This document shows positions 10,682-20,835 of a DNA stretch of 64,000 nt, piece after piece. Both the position numbers and the translations under genes were made by a program. The notes below the pieces were generated by a model that was not told where the DNA came from, did no database searches, and worked only from the letters and a program-made list of their open reading frames with translations. Positions within the stretch are counted from its first letter, which is position 1. The number at the start of each line of letters is the position of its first letter. This DNA comes from Alphaproteobacteria bacterium (lineage in GTDB: Bacteria > Pseudomonadota > Alphaproteobacteria > UBA9219): assembly GCA_033763555.1 (NCBI GenBank), contig JANRKK010000009.1, positions 732 through 64,731 of the forward strand. The letters run 5' to 3'.

Positions 10682-11044
10682 TTAGGGCTTTGAGGGCAGG
10701 GCTGCAGACGAACCCGTTGTGCCAGCCGGGGCGTTGGCGGCGGCTTCCGGCAGGCGGACGGTGATGCCCATTTCTTTCAGCTGATTGATGATGGTTTTGG
10801 CGTTTTTATTGCCAGCCTGCGCGAGCTTGAGCGTGCCGACCGCCAGAGCATCCAGCTGCGTGCGGACTTTCTGCGTATCTTCAAAAGGCTGGTCTTGCTG
10901 GGCCCGCGCTTCATGCAGCGCTGTGCGGTCACGCAGCACCTGGCCGAGCTGGAACGCCATGGCGACGAAAAGAATCAAGGCCAGAAGGGCGATGGGGTAC
11001 AGAATCCGCGCGACGGTGAGTCCGCTGTTATTTTTATAGGACAT
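10682..11044 (-). CDS. hypothetical single-pass membrane protein (paralog of the next gene)
   Basis: 120 aa with an AAGGAG SD 8 nt upstream. It has an N-terminal TM helix (ILYPIALLALILFVAMAF), a helical region, and ...INQLKEMGITV... followed by an Ala/Pro tail. Confidence 0.6.
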   Translation of the reverse strand: MSYKNNSGLTVARILYPIALLALILFVAMAFQLGQVLRDRTALHEARAQQDQPFEDTQKVRTQLDALAVGTLKLAQAGNKNAKTIINQLKEMGITVRLPEAAANAPAGTTGSSAALPSKP

Positions 11045-11055
11045 GAGAGGGCTCC

Positions 11056-11385
11056 TTACTGGCTTTTATCTTCGTGGGATTCTTTGGACTCTTTGGCTTC
11101 CTTGCGTTCACTGCCTTTGGCCGCGGCGACCGTGATGCCCTGCGCGGCCAGAAGTTCGCGCGCTCCGGCATCGCCATCCTTGACGGCGGCTTCGGCCAGC
11201 GCCTGAACCACGCCCTTGTTGACTTGGGCGAGCGACATGCCGCCATTGATGGCCATTTGCCGCTGGCTGATATCCTGCTGCAGGCCGCGGTTGCTGCTGA
11301 TCAGGGAAATATTGGCGATGAGCAGGATGAGGGCGAAAACGCCGAACACCATGGATGCCCAGTAAGTGATTTTTTCTTCTGTCAC
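11056..11385 (-). CDS. hypothetical single-pass membrane protein (paralog of 10682..11044)
   Basis: Track ORF 11056..11442. I prefer GTG 11385, which is preceded by GAGG; the ATG at 11442 has no SD. It has a TM helix (MVFGVFALILLIANISLI), a helical region, and ...ELLAAQGITV... followed by a Lys/Glu/Ser tail. The gap to the downstream gene is 11 nt. Confidence 0.5.
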   Translation of the reverse strand: MTEEKITYWASMVFGVFALILLIANISLISSNRGLQQDISQRQMAINGGMSLAQVNKGVVQALAEAAVKDGDAGARELLAAQGITVAAAKGSERKEAKESKESHEDKSQ

Positions 11386-11483
11386 GTTAGCCTCGCTGCT
11401 GAAAGGGCGGAAACGCCCGAAACGGGCTTTCAGCCCTAACATGGAGGCTGCTGATTCGCAATAAAACGGATGATTCGTGGCAG

Positions 11484-12392
11484 CTATTGAAGGACGGCTT
11501 CAATCTCCGGCAGATCGGCCACCCAGCTTTCAAAAATGCGGGCATAGGCGGCGCACATCCGTGCGACCCACAGCTCCTGCACAGGCAGATCACGTTCGAT
11601 GATTGCCGTAGCGAAGTGCTGGCTGACAGGCAGGCGGGTAACATCCTGCCGCGCTTCGGACAGGAGATTGGCTTTTTCCAGGAAGTCGGTAGCCGCCAGG
11701 GCGTGCTTTTCAGCGATATTCATGGCCAGAACGCTGATTTCATCGGGTGTGAGCTTCAGCAGATGGGCCGGATGATCGATGGGCAGAGCCAGACGGCGTG
11801 CGGCTTCGTGATTGGCGCGGTCGATCAGATCGGACGTATCAAAAGCCGCCGGAACCGAATAAGTCAGACCCAGATGGTTGATATATTCGAGGCCGTTGGC
11901 AAAAGCGCCAATGGCCAGCAGGTCAGCCATGATGCGCGCGACGCGGGTTGAGCCTGTGGCCTGCGCCACGAACAGGGCCGCTTCGGCATCCACGCGGGCG
12001 CGATGCTGATAAAGCCCATAAAGCTCGGACAGTGGCGAGGGCAGATCGGCACGGGCAGCCAGAAAATCGCGGGCGATATGGTTCTCAACACCGCGATGGT
12101 TGCGGCGGAAATAGTCCAGCTCGGCCGCCGTCAGGGGCAGGCTGACATCGGCGGACAGGAAATCATTGACCGTATGGCCGGAAAGGGCGGCAACCACCTG
12201 CCAGTCATCGAACAGAACGGCGCCGCTGGCTTCCTCAACAGGCGCTTTTTCCTGCCGATTGAAGGGGCGGGCGAACATATCAAAGGACAGGCCCGGCTGG
12301 GACAGGCGGCTCAGCCACTCCAGAATACGGGGGTTCGGTTCCCATACCAGGGCAGGATTGTCGTTTTGCGCGGGGGGCGACAGGCGGCTCAT
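11484..12392 (-). CDS. hypothetical protein, all-helical by composition, no family recognised
   Basis: Track ORF 11484..12461. I prefer ATG 12392 (MSRLSPPAQ...), which is preceded by AGAGGA. It is the first gene of an apparent three-gene minus-strand unit. Confidence 0.55.
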   Translation of the reverse strand: MSRLSPPAQNDNPALVWEPNPRILEWLSRLSQPGLSFDMFARPFNRQEKAPVEEASGAVLFDDWQVVAALSGHTVNDFLSADVSLPLTAAELDYFRRNHRGVENHIARDFLAARADLPSPLSELYGLYQHRARVDAEAALFVAQATGSTRVARIMADLLAIGAFANGLEYINHLGLTYSVPAAFDTSDLIDRANHEAARRLALPIDHPAHLLKLTPDEISVLAMNIAEKHALAATDFLEKANLLSEARQDVTRLPVSQHFATAIIERDLPVQELWVARMCAAYARIFESWVADLPEIEAVLQ

Positions 12393-12529
12393 GACATCCT
12401 CTTGTTCAGCATCGACTGATATTTCGTAGGCCCCGCCTTTGTTTCCAGCCTTGATAAACATGCCAGACAGCCTTTTTCAGCAGGGTGAAAGTATAAGGAT
12501 TTGATTCGTGCGGGCTTTCGGAAGAGTTC

Positions 12530-12555
12530 GTGGATAACTCAAGGACTTATCCACA
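12530..12555. promoter_or_regulatory. inverted pair of DnaA-box-like 9-mers / operator-like palindrome
   Basis: GTGGATAA-ctcaaggac-TTATCCAC(A). The right arm TTATCCACA (12547-12555) equals the classical DnaA box consensus. The left arm is its reverse complement with 8 of 9 matches. It lies in the divergent intergenic region between 12392 (-) and 12717 (+). Confidence 0.45.
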
Positions 12556-12716
12556 GCTTCTATCATACGGAATTAGTTGCAGTTAAGAGAAATTTACCAA
12601 AATGAATCAAAATTAAGTGTTAGAGAGTCCTTCCCGGCACACTGTGCCGTCTGGGCAACAGATTGCCTGCCGCAGAAGCTGACTTTATTAAGATCGGAAG
12701 CTGGTCTTTCCTCCCC

Positions 12717-14528
12717 ATGACTCCTTACAGCGCTCCCCTCGCGGATATCGGTTTCCTTCTGACGCGTCTTGTCGGGTTGGAAAAACTCGCCGCTTTGCCC
12801 GGCTATGATTCGGTTAGCGCTGATCTGGTCGAGGCCGTACTGGGTGAGGCCGCTAAAATCGCCAGCGAACAATTCGATCCGCTGAATCCTATCGGCGATA
12901 AGGAGGGCGCGCGGCTTCAAAAGGATTCCGTCCAGATGCCGAAGGGCTTCAAGGAAGCCTACAAGGCTTTTGCTGATGGCGGCTGGAACGGATTGTCAGT
13001 GGAGAGTGATCTGGGCGGGCAGGGCCTGCCCTGGACCATCGCCATGGCGGTGCAGGAAATGTTTCAGTCGGCGAATATCAGCCTCGCGCTCTGCCCGCTG
13101 CTGACGCAAGGTGCCATCGAAGCGCTGACCGCCCATGGCAGTGAAGAGCTGAAAGTCAGATTTTTGCCGAAGCTGGTCAGCGGCGAATGGCCGGGCACGA
13201 TGAATTTGACCGAACCGCAGGCGGGTTCCGATGTTGGCGCGGTGCGCAGCAAGGCCGAACGCAAAGACGGCCATTACCTGATCACCGGGCAGAAAATTTT
13301 TATCAGCTATGGCGATCATGATCTGACGGACAATATTCTGCATCTGGTGCTGGCGCGTTTGCCAGACGCGCCGGAAGGCACCAAGGGCCTGTCGCTGTTT
13401 CTCGTGCCCAAGATTTTGGTGAAGGAGAATGGTGCGCTGGGTGAACGGAACGATGTCCGTGTTGTTTCCATCGAACACAAGCTTGGCCAGCATGCCAGCC
13501 CCACCTGTGTCATGGCCTATGGCGATAAAGGCGGCGCAGTCGGCTATCTGGTTGGCGCCGAGCATGGTGGCATGGCGGCGATGTTCACCATGATGAACAA
13601 TGCGCGCATCGGCGTTGGGTTGCAGGGCCTGGCTATGATGGAGCGTTCCTATCAGCAGGCCTGCGATTACGCCAAAACCCGCATTCAAGGCCGCAGCATT
13701 CACCGCGCACGCGACAGCCGCACGCATGATGATCCGCTGGTGACGATCATCCATCATCCCGATGTGCGGCGCATGCTGCTCTGGATGAAGGCGCATACCG
13801 AAGCGGCACGCGCGCTGGCCTACAGCTGCGCCTATGGCGTGGATATGGAAAAACGCGCGGCGGATGAGAAGCAGCGCAAGGCCGCGCAGCTGCGCGTCGA
13901 TCTGCTAACGCCCGTCGTGAAAGGCTGGCTGACCGATCTCGCCAATGAAATCACCTCGTTGGGCGTGCAGGTGTTCGGCGGCATGGGTTATATCGAGGAA
14001 ACCGGGGCGGCGCAGCCGATGCGCGATGCGCGCGTCCTCGCCATTTACGAAGGTACCAACGGTATTCAGGCGAATGATCTGGTCTTCCGCAAAATGGGTC
14101 GCGATAGCGGCGCAGCGTTCCGCGACCTGATAGATGAGATGTATCGGTTTTTGCCGGAGCTGACTGACCTGCCGGGCGACGATGCCGCGGTGATGCACAA
14201 GCATCTGTCGCGTGCGCTCAACTGCCTGCGCGATACGGGCGATTGGATGGTGAAAAAGGCGAAGGAAGATATTCCCGCCGCCGCCGCCGGGGCCGCACCC
14301 TTCCTGCGGCTCGCGGGCAATGTGATTGGCGGCTATTACCTGATCAAATCGGCGGCGCTGGCGCAAAAAGATATGGCCGAACGCGCGGGCGACCCGAAAT
14401 TCCTTTCATCCAAGATCATGACCGCGCGCTTTTACGCCGAACATGTGCTGCCGGGCTGTGGCGGATTGGCGGTGGCTGCGACCGAAGGTGCCGCGGTTAC
14501 CCTGGCAATGCCGGAAGAGGGGTTTTAA
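12717..14528 (+). CDS. acyl-CoA dehydrogenase (long, ~600-aa type with C-terminal extension domain)
   Basis: MTPYSAPLADIGFLLTRLVGLEKLAALPGY... plus the ACAD core (NLTEPQAGSDVGAV...KIFISYGDHD..., GGMGYIEETGAAQPMRDARVLAIYEGTNGIQ). ATG 12717 lies inside track ORF 12663..14528. Confidence 0.88.
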   Translation: MTPYSAPLADIGFLLTRLVGLEKLAALPGYDSVSADLVEAVLGEAAKIASEQFDPLNPIGDKEGARLQKDSVQMPKGFKEAYKAFADGGWNGLSVESDLGGQGLPWTIAMAVQEMFQSANISLALCPLLTQGAIEALTAHGSEELKVRFLPKLVSGEWPGTMNLTEPQAGSDVGAVRSKAERKDGHYLITGQKIFISYGDHDLTDNILHLVLARLPDAPEGTKGLSLFLVPKILVKENGALGERNDVRVVSIEHKLGQHASPTCVMAYGDKGGAVGYLVGAEHGGMAAMFTMMNNARIGVGLQGLAMMERSYQQACDYAKTRIQGRSIHRARDSRTHDDPLVTIIHHPDVRRMLLWMKAHTEAARALAYSCAYGVDMEKRAADEKQRKAAQLRVDLLTPVVKGWLTDLANEITSLGVQVFGGMGYIEETGAAQPMRDARVLAIYEGTNGIQANDLVFRKMGRDSGAAFRDLIDEMYRFLPELTDLPGDDAAVMHKHLSRALNCLRDTGDWMVKKAKEDIPAAAAGAAPFLRLAGNVIGGYYLIKSAALAQKDMAERAGDPKFLSSKIMTARFYAEHVLPGCGGLAVAATEGAAVTLAMPEEGF

Positions 14529-15081
14529 TTCGACCGAACGGGCGTGCTGGCTTCCACTGACTTTCGGTCTGATCATAAACTTCCAGTTCATCCAATTTCA
14601 GGATTCGGGAAGGTTCACCGTTGGCCATCTTCTTATAGTCATCGACAAAAGCCATAGGAACGGGTTCATCCCCTTCACCTCGCGCCATGAACAGGCCAAA
14701 TATATTTTGAAATCCTGTTGCCTCTTCGCCCGGCACTTGAACGCGGGCATGCAAAGGAGGCACGCCTGAGAAAGAATAAATCGAAAAGTCTGCTGGCAGA
14801 ACTTCGGCTATGGAATCTGCATAAGCGAGGGAAGCCGCGCTAAAGCTTGCCATGCTTTCCAGATAAGCTGCGGCATTGGCAGGCTGTGTTTTTGCAAGAT
14901 GCTCGTAATAGGCATCCAGGCTTTTTTCTGGAACAACGACGCAGGTGGGAAGGCCCAGAAACGGCCATGCAGGCTGCATGTGGCCGACGACAATGCCTCG
15001 GATATCCTTGCCGTCTTTCGTACGAATATCGACGTCCCGGCCAAGAGTTATTGCTGAAAATGCTGGTGGTATATTGCTCAT
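14497..15081 (-). CDS. hypothetical protein, 194 aa (paralog A flanking mscL)
   Basis: Long ORF in a visibly AT-richer segment. It shares an N-terminal G[IV]VVG...P.W...[VI]PE motif and a C-terminal AR(P)FGR...P.P motif with 15647..16231. Its last 32 nt overlap the convergent acyl-CoA dehydrogenase 3' end. Confidence 0.5.
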   Translation of the reverse strand: MSNIPPAFSAITLGRDVDIRTKDGKDIRGIVVGHMQPAWPFLGLPTCVVVPEKSLDAYYEHLAKTQPANAAAYLESMASFSAASLAYADSIAEVLPADFSIYSFSGVPPLHARVQVPGEEATGFQNIFGLFMARGEGDEPVPMAFVDDYKKMANGEPSRILKLDELEVYDQTESQWKPARPFGRIKTPLPALPG

Positions 15082-15176
15082 ATGATTATCCCTGCAAGAG
15101 TATGAACCCGCAACAATATGCAGCGCCTAATATGGCCTGCCGCAGCTTTGAAAACAACAAAAGCGTTATTAACCAA

Positions 15177-15611
15177 CTAACCCGCTGCCAGATCGGCGGT
15201 GCAGTGCGGGCATTTGGTGGCCTTGAGGTTGATGGCCGAGACGCAGCGCGGGCAGTCACGCGTGGTGGTCGGTTTTTTCACCAGGCGGTTGATCTGCCGC
15301 ACCAACAGGAAAATCACAAAGGCGACGATCAGAAAATCGATGACGGAATTGATGAACATTCCGTAATTGAGCGTCGGCGCGCCTGCGGCCTTGGCGGCGG
15401 CGAGCGTGTCGTAGGATTTGTCGGACAGGTTGACGAACAGGCTGGAAAAATCCACCTGTCCCATGAGCAGGCCGACGGGCGGCATGATAATGTCGCTGAC
15501 CAGCGAGGTTACGATCTTGCCGAAGGTCGCGCCGATGATCACGCCGATGGCGAGATCAACCACATTGCCGCGCGCGGCAAATTCACGGAATTCCTGAAGG
15601 AGTTTTTTCAT
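15177..15611 (-). CDS. mscL: large-conductance mechanosensitive channel with C-terminal CPxC-N11-CPxC tail
   Basis: [47 protein letters not shown]... is the canonical MscL N-terminus, TM1 and TM2. The C-terminus reads ...[26 protein letters not shown]. Confidence 0.92.
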   Translation of the reverse strand: MKKLLQEFREFAARGNVVDLAIGVIIGATFGKIVTSLVSDIIMPPVGLLMGQVDFSSLFVNLSDKSYDTLAAAKAAGAPTLNYGMFINSVIDFLIVAFVIFLLVRQINRLVKKPTTTRDCPRCVSAINLKATKCPHCTADLAAG

Positions 15612-15646
15612 AACTCAGTCCTTACAGCAAAGCTGGATACTCTAGA

Positions 15647-16231
15647 CTAACTGAAGTTAGGGGGCGGGTTAAGGGCCCTACCAAAACGGGCTGCAACAGT
15701 AGGGCGGTGGGCGATAACATCAGCCAAGTCAGCCCTGTGGTAGAGCGAGGTTCTTCCATGCGGCTCATTATTATAGAATGTCAGCATAATAGTGGGTGCG
15801 CCAGCGGCATTAACGCTCAAAATTCGGCCATCGAGGATGTGATCAGGCATTTCAGGAAGCGGACAATTTCTTAAAGGATAATTCCGTTCAGCCTCTTCTA
15901 CTTGAATAGCAGGCACGCCGACATCTATTTTTCGACCGATTTTTTGTGGAAGATCATTAGGGTGTGAGTATAGATGTGCCGCGCCAATGCTATGGCGCTG
16001 TTCATACATTCTGTCCACATAATGTGGGGCTCCTTGAAGACGTCCGCCCCCATATAGGCAGGCTTGCATGTATATTAAATATTCTGGAAGCTTGATTTCG
16101 GGAATAACAGCAAGCCAAGGATAGGTCAAAAGGCTTGTTGGAATATCAAGTACGCCAACCACAACGCCCTGAATTCCCGTGTCCTCAACGACATCGCCAA
16201 TCTGATAAGATTCAAGAATACTGGTTCGCAT
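15647..16231 (-). CDS. hypothetical protein, 194 aa (paralog B flanking mscL)
   Basis: Long ORF in an AT-richer segment. It is exactly as long as 14497..15081 and shares its terminal motifs (IQGVVVGVLD...YPWLAVIPE; ...AARFGRALNPPP). Confidence 0.5.
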   Translation of the reverse strand: MRTSILESYQIGDVVEDTGIQGVVVGVLDIPTSLLTYPWLAVIPEIKLPEYLIYMQACLYGGGRLQGAPHYVDRMYEQRHSIGAAHLYSHPNDLPQKIGRKIDVGVPAIQVEEAERNYPLRNCPLPEMPDHILDGRILSVNAAGAPTIMLTFYNNEPHGRTSLYHRADLADVIAHRPTVAARFGRALNPPPNFS

Positions 16232-16374
16232 ATATTTTCTCCTTAAAATGTTACCTTGTCATGCATCATTCCATATCCCATATCACACGAGAAGATTGTT
16301 GAAAACTGTACCGTTTGGATAGCATTAATGCCTATGCTAGAAGCGATTATGGTTAAAATTAAGGACCCAGTTTA

Positions 16375-18279
16375 ATGCTCAAAATCGATACCTTCAGCAA
16401 CCAGTCCGGCGGCAATGCCTTTTATAAGGCGATCACGCACCCGCTGGCCGCGCCCAAGGCACGGAATCTGCTGGTGCAATTGCAGAAGGCCGGGCCGGTG
16501 GCGATTTACGACCCTGCCAATCAACTGGCGAGCTTTGCTGAATTTTTTCCGCTGGGAGATATCGAGATTGCCGGGTTGTTCGTGCAGGATGTCGACCATA
16601 TCGGCCGCGTCTTCCGCAATCATGCGGCGCAACCCGTCACGATGCTGAAAGACTGCGCCTGTAAAAGCATTCTGGTCGCTTCGTTCGATTCCGTGAAATT
16701 GGTGGAGCATATCCGTCATCTGATACCCGCGAATACACCTCTGCATAGTTTCGATGCGTTCCGCCTGCCGGATGAGATGCTCAGCGATCGTCACCGCTAT
16801 CTGGCCAATATCAATTTCGCCAATAATTTTGCTTTCTTCCGCGATGCGGGTGGCCAGCACACTCGCATCGTGACCGCGAATTACTGGGGCACCTATGGCG
16901 CGAAAGAGCCGCGCGCCTGGTGCTATCTGATGGACGGCAAGGGACAGAAGCTGGCGGAATGGATCGAGCCGCTGCCGCCCGCGAATGCCAGTGTCGTGTT
17001 CGACAGCGCCGATATCCGCACGCGCTTTAAATTGCCGGAATTCACCGGGCAGCTTTTCATCCATATCATCGGTGCCGCCGGGCATGATGTGGTGAAATAC
17101 GCGCTCGATACCTATGGCGATGACGCCAGCATTTTATCCTGCACGCATGATGCCAATGCCTGGCCGTCCGATCAGTATGCCGGGCTTCCCGCGCCCGATG
17201 TGGATGAAGAGGTCGTGCTGTGGGTGCAGAACAGCCATCCCTGCGAAATTCCGGCGGGCGCTATCGGCCTCAATCTGATGGGCAGCAGCAAGGTCGCAAA
17301 GCTTGACCGCGCCGTGCCGCCTTATGGCAGCACGCGGCTGAATATCGCCGAGCTTCTGCCCAAGGCCAAATGGCCGCAGCAGATCGAAATTCAGGCAGGC
17401 AAGCATTTCGTCCGCCCGCGCTATGAGATCATCTCGAAAAACGGCCATACGCGCATTTCGCACCCGAATGTGGAGCGCAGCGATCTGCAGCCCGATAAAC
17501 GTCTGGGCGATCTTGGCGATCTGCTGGGCAAGCTGCATATCGTGCCTGCGCCTATTCTGCCGATGGATCGTTTCACCAGCTGGGCTCTGCCGACGCCGAT
17601 GTCGACCAGCCTGACGCATCTGCCCGTCAAGGCGCTGATCTATGACGCGCGCGGCAAGGAAGTGCTGGAGCATAAATTCGGCAATCTGAAACGCAGCGAT
17701 TCCGTCGCCATCAATGTGCATGACCTGCTGAAGGGCCAGAAGCTGGAAGGCGGCTATGGCCATATTGAGCTGATCTATGATTTCGCCGCAGGGCATGAGG
17801 TGGATGGCTGGCTGCACGCGCTGTTCCGCTATCAGGATCGCCAATCGGGCCATGCGGCGGAAACCAGCTTCGGCGCGCATGTGTTCAACACGGTGCTGAC
17901 CTATAAGAATGAACCGCAGAGCTATGCGGGCAAGGCGCCGGGGCTCAGCACGCGCCTGTTCCTGCGCATGGGGCCGAAGCCGTATGACACCATGTGCCAT
18001 CTGATCTATCCGGCCTCGCTGCCCTGGCATAACACCTCGGACACGATGCTGATTTTAACCTCGCAGCAGGGTAAGGAAGTCGCCAAGCGCAATGTGCGCA
18101 TTCCCTGCAGTGGCTCGCTGCTCTGGCGCGCCAGCCAGATGTTCACGCCGGACGAAATTAAAGCAGCGGGCGAACATGGCTATGTCATCATCCGCGACAC
18201 CACTTGCCGCCTGTTCGGCTATCATGGCCTTGTCAGCGGCGAAGAAGCTTTCAGCCTCGATCATATGTTTGGATTCTAA
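16375..18279 (+). CDS. conserved-looking hypothetical protein, 634 aa, with internal repeats
   Basis: Uninterrupted ORF with host-like codon usage. The N-terminal ~140 aa follow a beta-alpha-beta-like pattern and are followed by repeated segments. Its stop TAA overlaps the trxB ATG (TAATG at 18277-18281). Confidence 0.65.
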   Translation: MLKIDTFSNQSGGNAFYKAITHPLAAPKARNLLVQLQKAGPVAIYDPANQLASFAEFFPLGDIEIAGLFVQDVDHIGRVFRNHAAQPVTMLKDCACKSILVASFDSVKLVEHIRHLIPANTPLHSFDAFRLPDEMLSDRHRYLANINFANNFAFFRDAGGQHTRIVTANYWGTYGAKEPRAWCYLMDGKGQKLAEWIEPLPPANASVVFDSADIRTRFKLPEFTGQLFIHIIGAAGHDVVKYALDTYGDDASILSCTHDANAWPSDQYAGLPAPDVDEEVVLWVQNSHPCEIPAGAIGLNLMGSSKVAKLDRAVPPYGSTRLNIAELLPKAKWPQQIEIQAGKHFVRPRYEIISKNGHTRISHPNVERSDLQPDKRLGDLGDLLGKLHIVPAPILPMDRFTSWALPTPMSTSLTHLPVKALIYDARGKEVLEHKFGNLKRSDSVAINVHDLLKGQKLEGGYGHIELIYDFAAGHEVDGWLHALFRYQDRQSGHAAETSFGAHVFNTVLTYKNEPQSYAGKAPGLSTRLFLRMGPKPYDTMCHLIYPASLPWHNTSDTMLILTSQQGKEVAKRNVRIPCSGSLLWRASQMFTPDEIKAAGEHGYVIIRDTTCRLFGYHGLVSGEEAFSLDHMFGF

Positions 18280-19220
18280 TGACAGAACATCGCACCAAAA
18301 CTCTCATCATCGGCGCTGGCCCTGCGGGCTATACGGCGGCCATCTATGCCGCGCGCGCGAACCTCAAGCCCATCCTCGTGCAGGGCATCCAGCCGGGCGG
18401 ACAGCTGACCATCACGACGGATGTCGAGAATTACCCCGGCTTCGGCGACACGATTCAGGGCCCCTGGCTGATGGAGCAGATGCAGGCCCAGGCCGCCAAG
18501 GTCGGCACGCAGATCATCTTCGATGTTATCGGTGAGGTGGATTTCACCAAGCGCCCCTTCACCTGCAAGGCGGAATCCGGTGATGTCTTTATCGCCGACA
18601 CAGTCATTATCGCGACGGGCGCGCAGGCGCGCTGGCTTGGCCTCGACAGTGAAAAGCATTTTCAAGGCTTCGGCGTGTCCGGTTGCGCCACCTGTGACGG
18701 GTTTTTCTTCCGCGGCAAGGAAGTGGCTGTGGTCGGCGGCGGCAACACGGCGCTGGAAGAAGCGCTGTATCTGACCCATCACGCCAGCAAGGTGACGATG
18801 ATTCACCGCCGTGATTCCTTCCGCGGCGAAAAAATCCTGCAAGACCGGGTGCGCGACAATCCCAAGATCAACGTCATCTGGGACAGCGCGCTGGAGGAGG
18901 TCAAAGGCGAGGAACAACCTGTGCGTTCTGTTACGGGCCTTCGCATCCGCAACATCAAAACCGACAAAGAGCAGCTTCTCCCCGTTTCCGGCGTCTTTAT
19001 CGCCATCGGCCATGACCCGGCGACCAAAATCTTCAAGGGCAAGGTTGCCATGGATGACCATGGCTATATCCTGACCAAACCGGATTCAACGGCCACCGAC
19101 ATTCCCGGCGTCTTTGCGGCGGGCGATGTGAAAGATAAAATCTTCCGCCAGGCGGTAACGGCGGCGGGCATGGGCTGCATGGCGGCTTTGGAAGCGGAGA
19201 AGTTTCTGGCAATCCAGTAA
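18279..19220 (+). CDS. trxB: thioredoxin-disulfide reductase
   Basis: MTEHRTKTLIIGAGPAGYTAAIYAARANL...GGQLTITTDVENYPGF...SGCATCDGFFFRGKEVAVVGGGNTALEEALYLT...AIGHDP...GVFAAGDV. The CATC redox motif and both dinucleotide motifs are present. ATG 18279 lies inside track ORF 18204..19220. Confidence 0.93.
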   Translation: MTEHRTKTLIIGAGPAGYTAAIYAARANLKPILVQGIQPGGQLTITTDVENYPGFGDTIQGPWLMEQMQAQAAKVGTQIIFDVIGEVDFTKRPFTCKAESGDVFIADTVIIATGAQARWLGLDSEKHFQGFGVSGCATCDGFFFRGKEVAVVGGGNTALEEALYLTHHASKVTMIHRRDSFRGEKILQDRVRDNPKINVIWDSALEEVKGEEQPVRSVTGLRIRNIKTDKEQLLPVSGVFIAIGHDPATKIFKGKVAMDDHGYILTKPDSTATDIPGVFAAGDVKDKIFRQAVTAAGMGCMAALEAEKFLAIQ

Positions 19221-19239
19221 AAGCGGAGGAAAACAGGCC

Positions 19240-19773
19240 ATGTCCTATGTCGAGAAAGTCCTCCTGCCGGAAGAACGCGTCCTTTACATCACCACTGTAC
19301 ACTGGATTATTTACATACCCGGCCTGCTCCTGACGGTCGGCGGCGGGTTGCTCGGATTCTACAGCATGAATATTCTGGGCGGAATGTTCGGCGATGCCAT
19401 GGCGCGCTCCATGAACAAATATCTGGCGGGCTTTGCGCTGCTGATCATTCTGGGCGGCATCGTCATGCTCGCGCGGGCCTATGTGCGGCAGATCTCGACC
19501 GAGCTCGCCGTCACCAGCCGCCGGGTGATCGCTAAATACGGCTTCATCTCGCGCTCCAGCTTCGAGATCATGATCAACCGAATCACAGGCGCCAATTTCG
19601 AGCAGACGATTCTGGGCCGCTGCATCGGCTGCGGAACCATTCTGGTGCATGGGACGGGCGGCGATGTGTCGCCCTTCGACCAGATTGCCAATCCCGAGCC
19701 TTTTCACAAAGCCCTGATCAGCGTTTTGGACCATCGCGGCGGGCCGCAAAATTCCGGCGGCATCGACCCCTAG
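19240..19773 (+). CDS. bacterial PH (bPH_2/YdbS-like) domain membrane protein
   Basis: MSYVEKVLLPEERVLYITTVHWIIYIPGLLLTVGG..., two TM helices, then ...ELAVTSRRVIAKYGFISRSSFEIMINRITGANFEQTILGR..GCGTILV, typical of the DUF304/bPH_2 family. Confidence 0.7.
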   Translation: MSYVEKVLLPEERVLYITTVHWIIYIPGLLLTVGGGLLGFYSMNILGGMFGDAMARSMNKYLAGFALLIILGGIVMLARAYVRQISTELAVTSRRVIAKYGFISRSSFEIMINRITGANFEQTILGRCIGCGTILVHGTGGDVSPFDQIANPEPFHKALISVLDHRGGPQNSGGIDP

Positions 19774-19825
19774 TAAAACCTAGCCTCGCGCCGCGCCTTC
19801 TGATAGCTCATATAGACCCTTCCAG

Positions 19826-19901
19826 GGGCCTGTAGTTCAGCGGTTAGAACGCACCGCTCATAACGGTGTTGTCGCAGGTTCGAATCCTGCCGGGCCCACC
19901 A
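19826..19901 (+). tRNA. tRNA with CAU anticodon; elongator type, most likely tRNA-Ile2 (lysidine) or tRNA-Met
   Basis: Manual cloverleaf: acceptor GGGCCTG/CGGGCCC, D arm GTTC-AGCGGTTA-GAAC, anticodon arm CACCG-CTCATAA-CGGTG, T arm GCAGG-TTCGAAT-CCTGC, encoded ACCA end. It is not an initiator: 1:72 is paired and the anticodon stem has no GGG/CCC. The C4:G69 and C5:G68 pairs resemble the E. coli tRNA-Ile2 determinants. Confidence 0.9.
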
Positions 19902-20336
19902 CCCTTCGCGGCTACACCGCTTCGGGGGGCAAGCCACTTTGTCATCCACATACATCGAAGACGAACTGGCAAACATTTGCGATCACGCACCACAGAATTT
20001 TTGTCTGCCAAAAACTTCCCGCTCATTAAATCCTTGATCGCGTTCCGTCTCTCTTCATAATTCGTTAGTAATTCATTTCTTATAACGCTTCCGTATCGCC
20101 ATCCGCTTGATGCGCTGATCTTTTTTCTGTTTCACGCGCGCTTTGTGCGAAGCTTTTTGCGTTTCCTATCCGCTCTTCCATCATCTTGCACAGCAAAAAT
20201 GTTGCACTCATGCAACGTCAGGCGCGGATACAGCGCGTTTCTTTTTCGATTCTCGGTGAAAGTTAAAAATACTGTTGACTATTCTTGGCTTAAGCCACAA
20301 CATCATCGAACTCTACTCTAGCAACAGGAGGTCATC

Positions 20337-20402
20337 ATGGCTAAGAAGAAGACTGCCAAAAAGACCAAAGCCAAGAAAACCACGAAGAAGAAAAAGAGAT
20401 AG
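20337..20402 (+). CDS. 21-aa lysine-rich sORF (MAKKKTAKKTKAKKTTKKKKR)
   Basis: The ATG is preceded by AGGAGG with a 6-nt spacer. The TAG stop is followed directly by the hairpin GCCGCC-GTCA-GGCGGC, and then by a larger hairpin plus a T-tract. TTGACT lies 62 nt upstream. It is too short to appear in the ORF track as such; track ORF 20275..20532 is in another frame. Confidence 0.45.
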   Translation: MAKKKTAKKTKAKKTTKKKKR

Positions 20403-20439
20403 TTGTTCGCCGCCGTCAGGCGGCTTGAACGAATATCAA

Positions 20440-20493
20440 CCCCTGTTCGGTATGCCACGCGATCGCAGGCAGGCCGAACGGGGGTTTGCTTTT
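20440..20493 (+). terminator. putative rho-independent terminator after the sORF
   Basis: CCCCTGTTCGG...(23-nt loop)...CCGAACGGGGG followed by TTTGCTTTT. The long loop lowers confidence. Confidence 0.4.
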
Positions 20494-20835
20494 GGGGGTC
20501 CAGAATTTCTCAGATATTCAAAAAAAGCCTGATTTTAAAGCCTTTTTTTGCCATTTAACGGCTGAGCGCTTATCCGCAAAAAAGTAAATCATCCTTGTGA
20601 ATGTGACCGCCGCAAAAAACGTTGCGCGGAGCGTAAAAAACTCAAATCAACGCTTCATTTTTTCTGAATTTGAAAATTTTTTATTTTTCTCGATGTCCAT
20701 TAGCATGAATAAAAAAATGCGATAGATATCCAGCCTTCCATCCGAATCACTTTGTTGCGCGACAGATCCAAGGGTGCAGCAAGGGCAGTTTTTTCTTCTC
20801 TTGGGAAATAGGCGGGGATTGGATAGGCTGGAGTC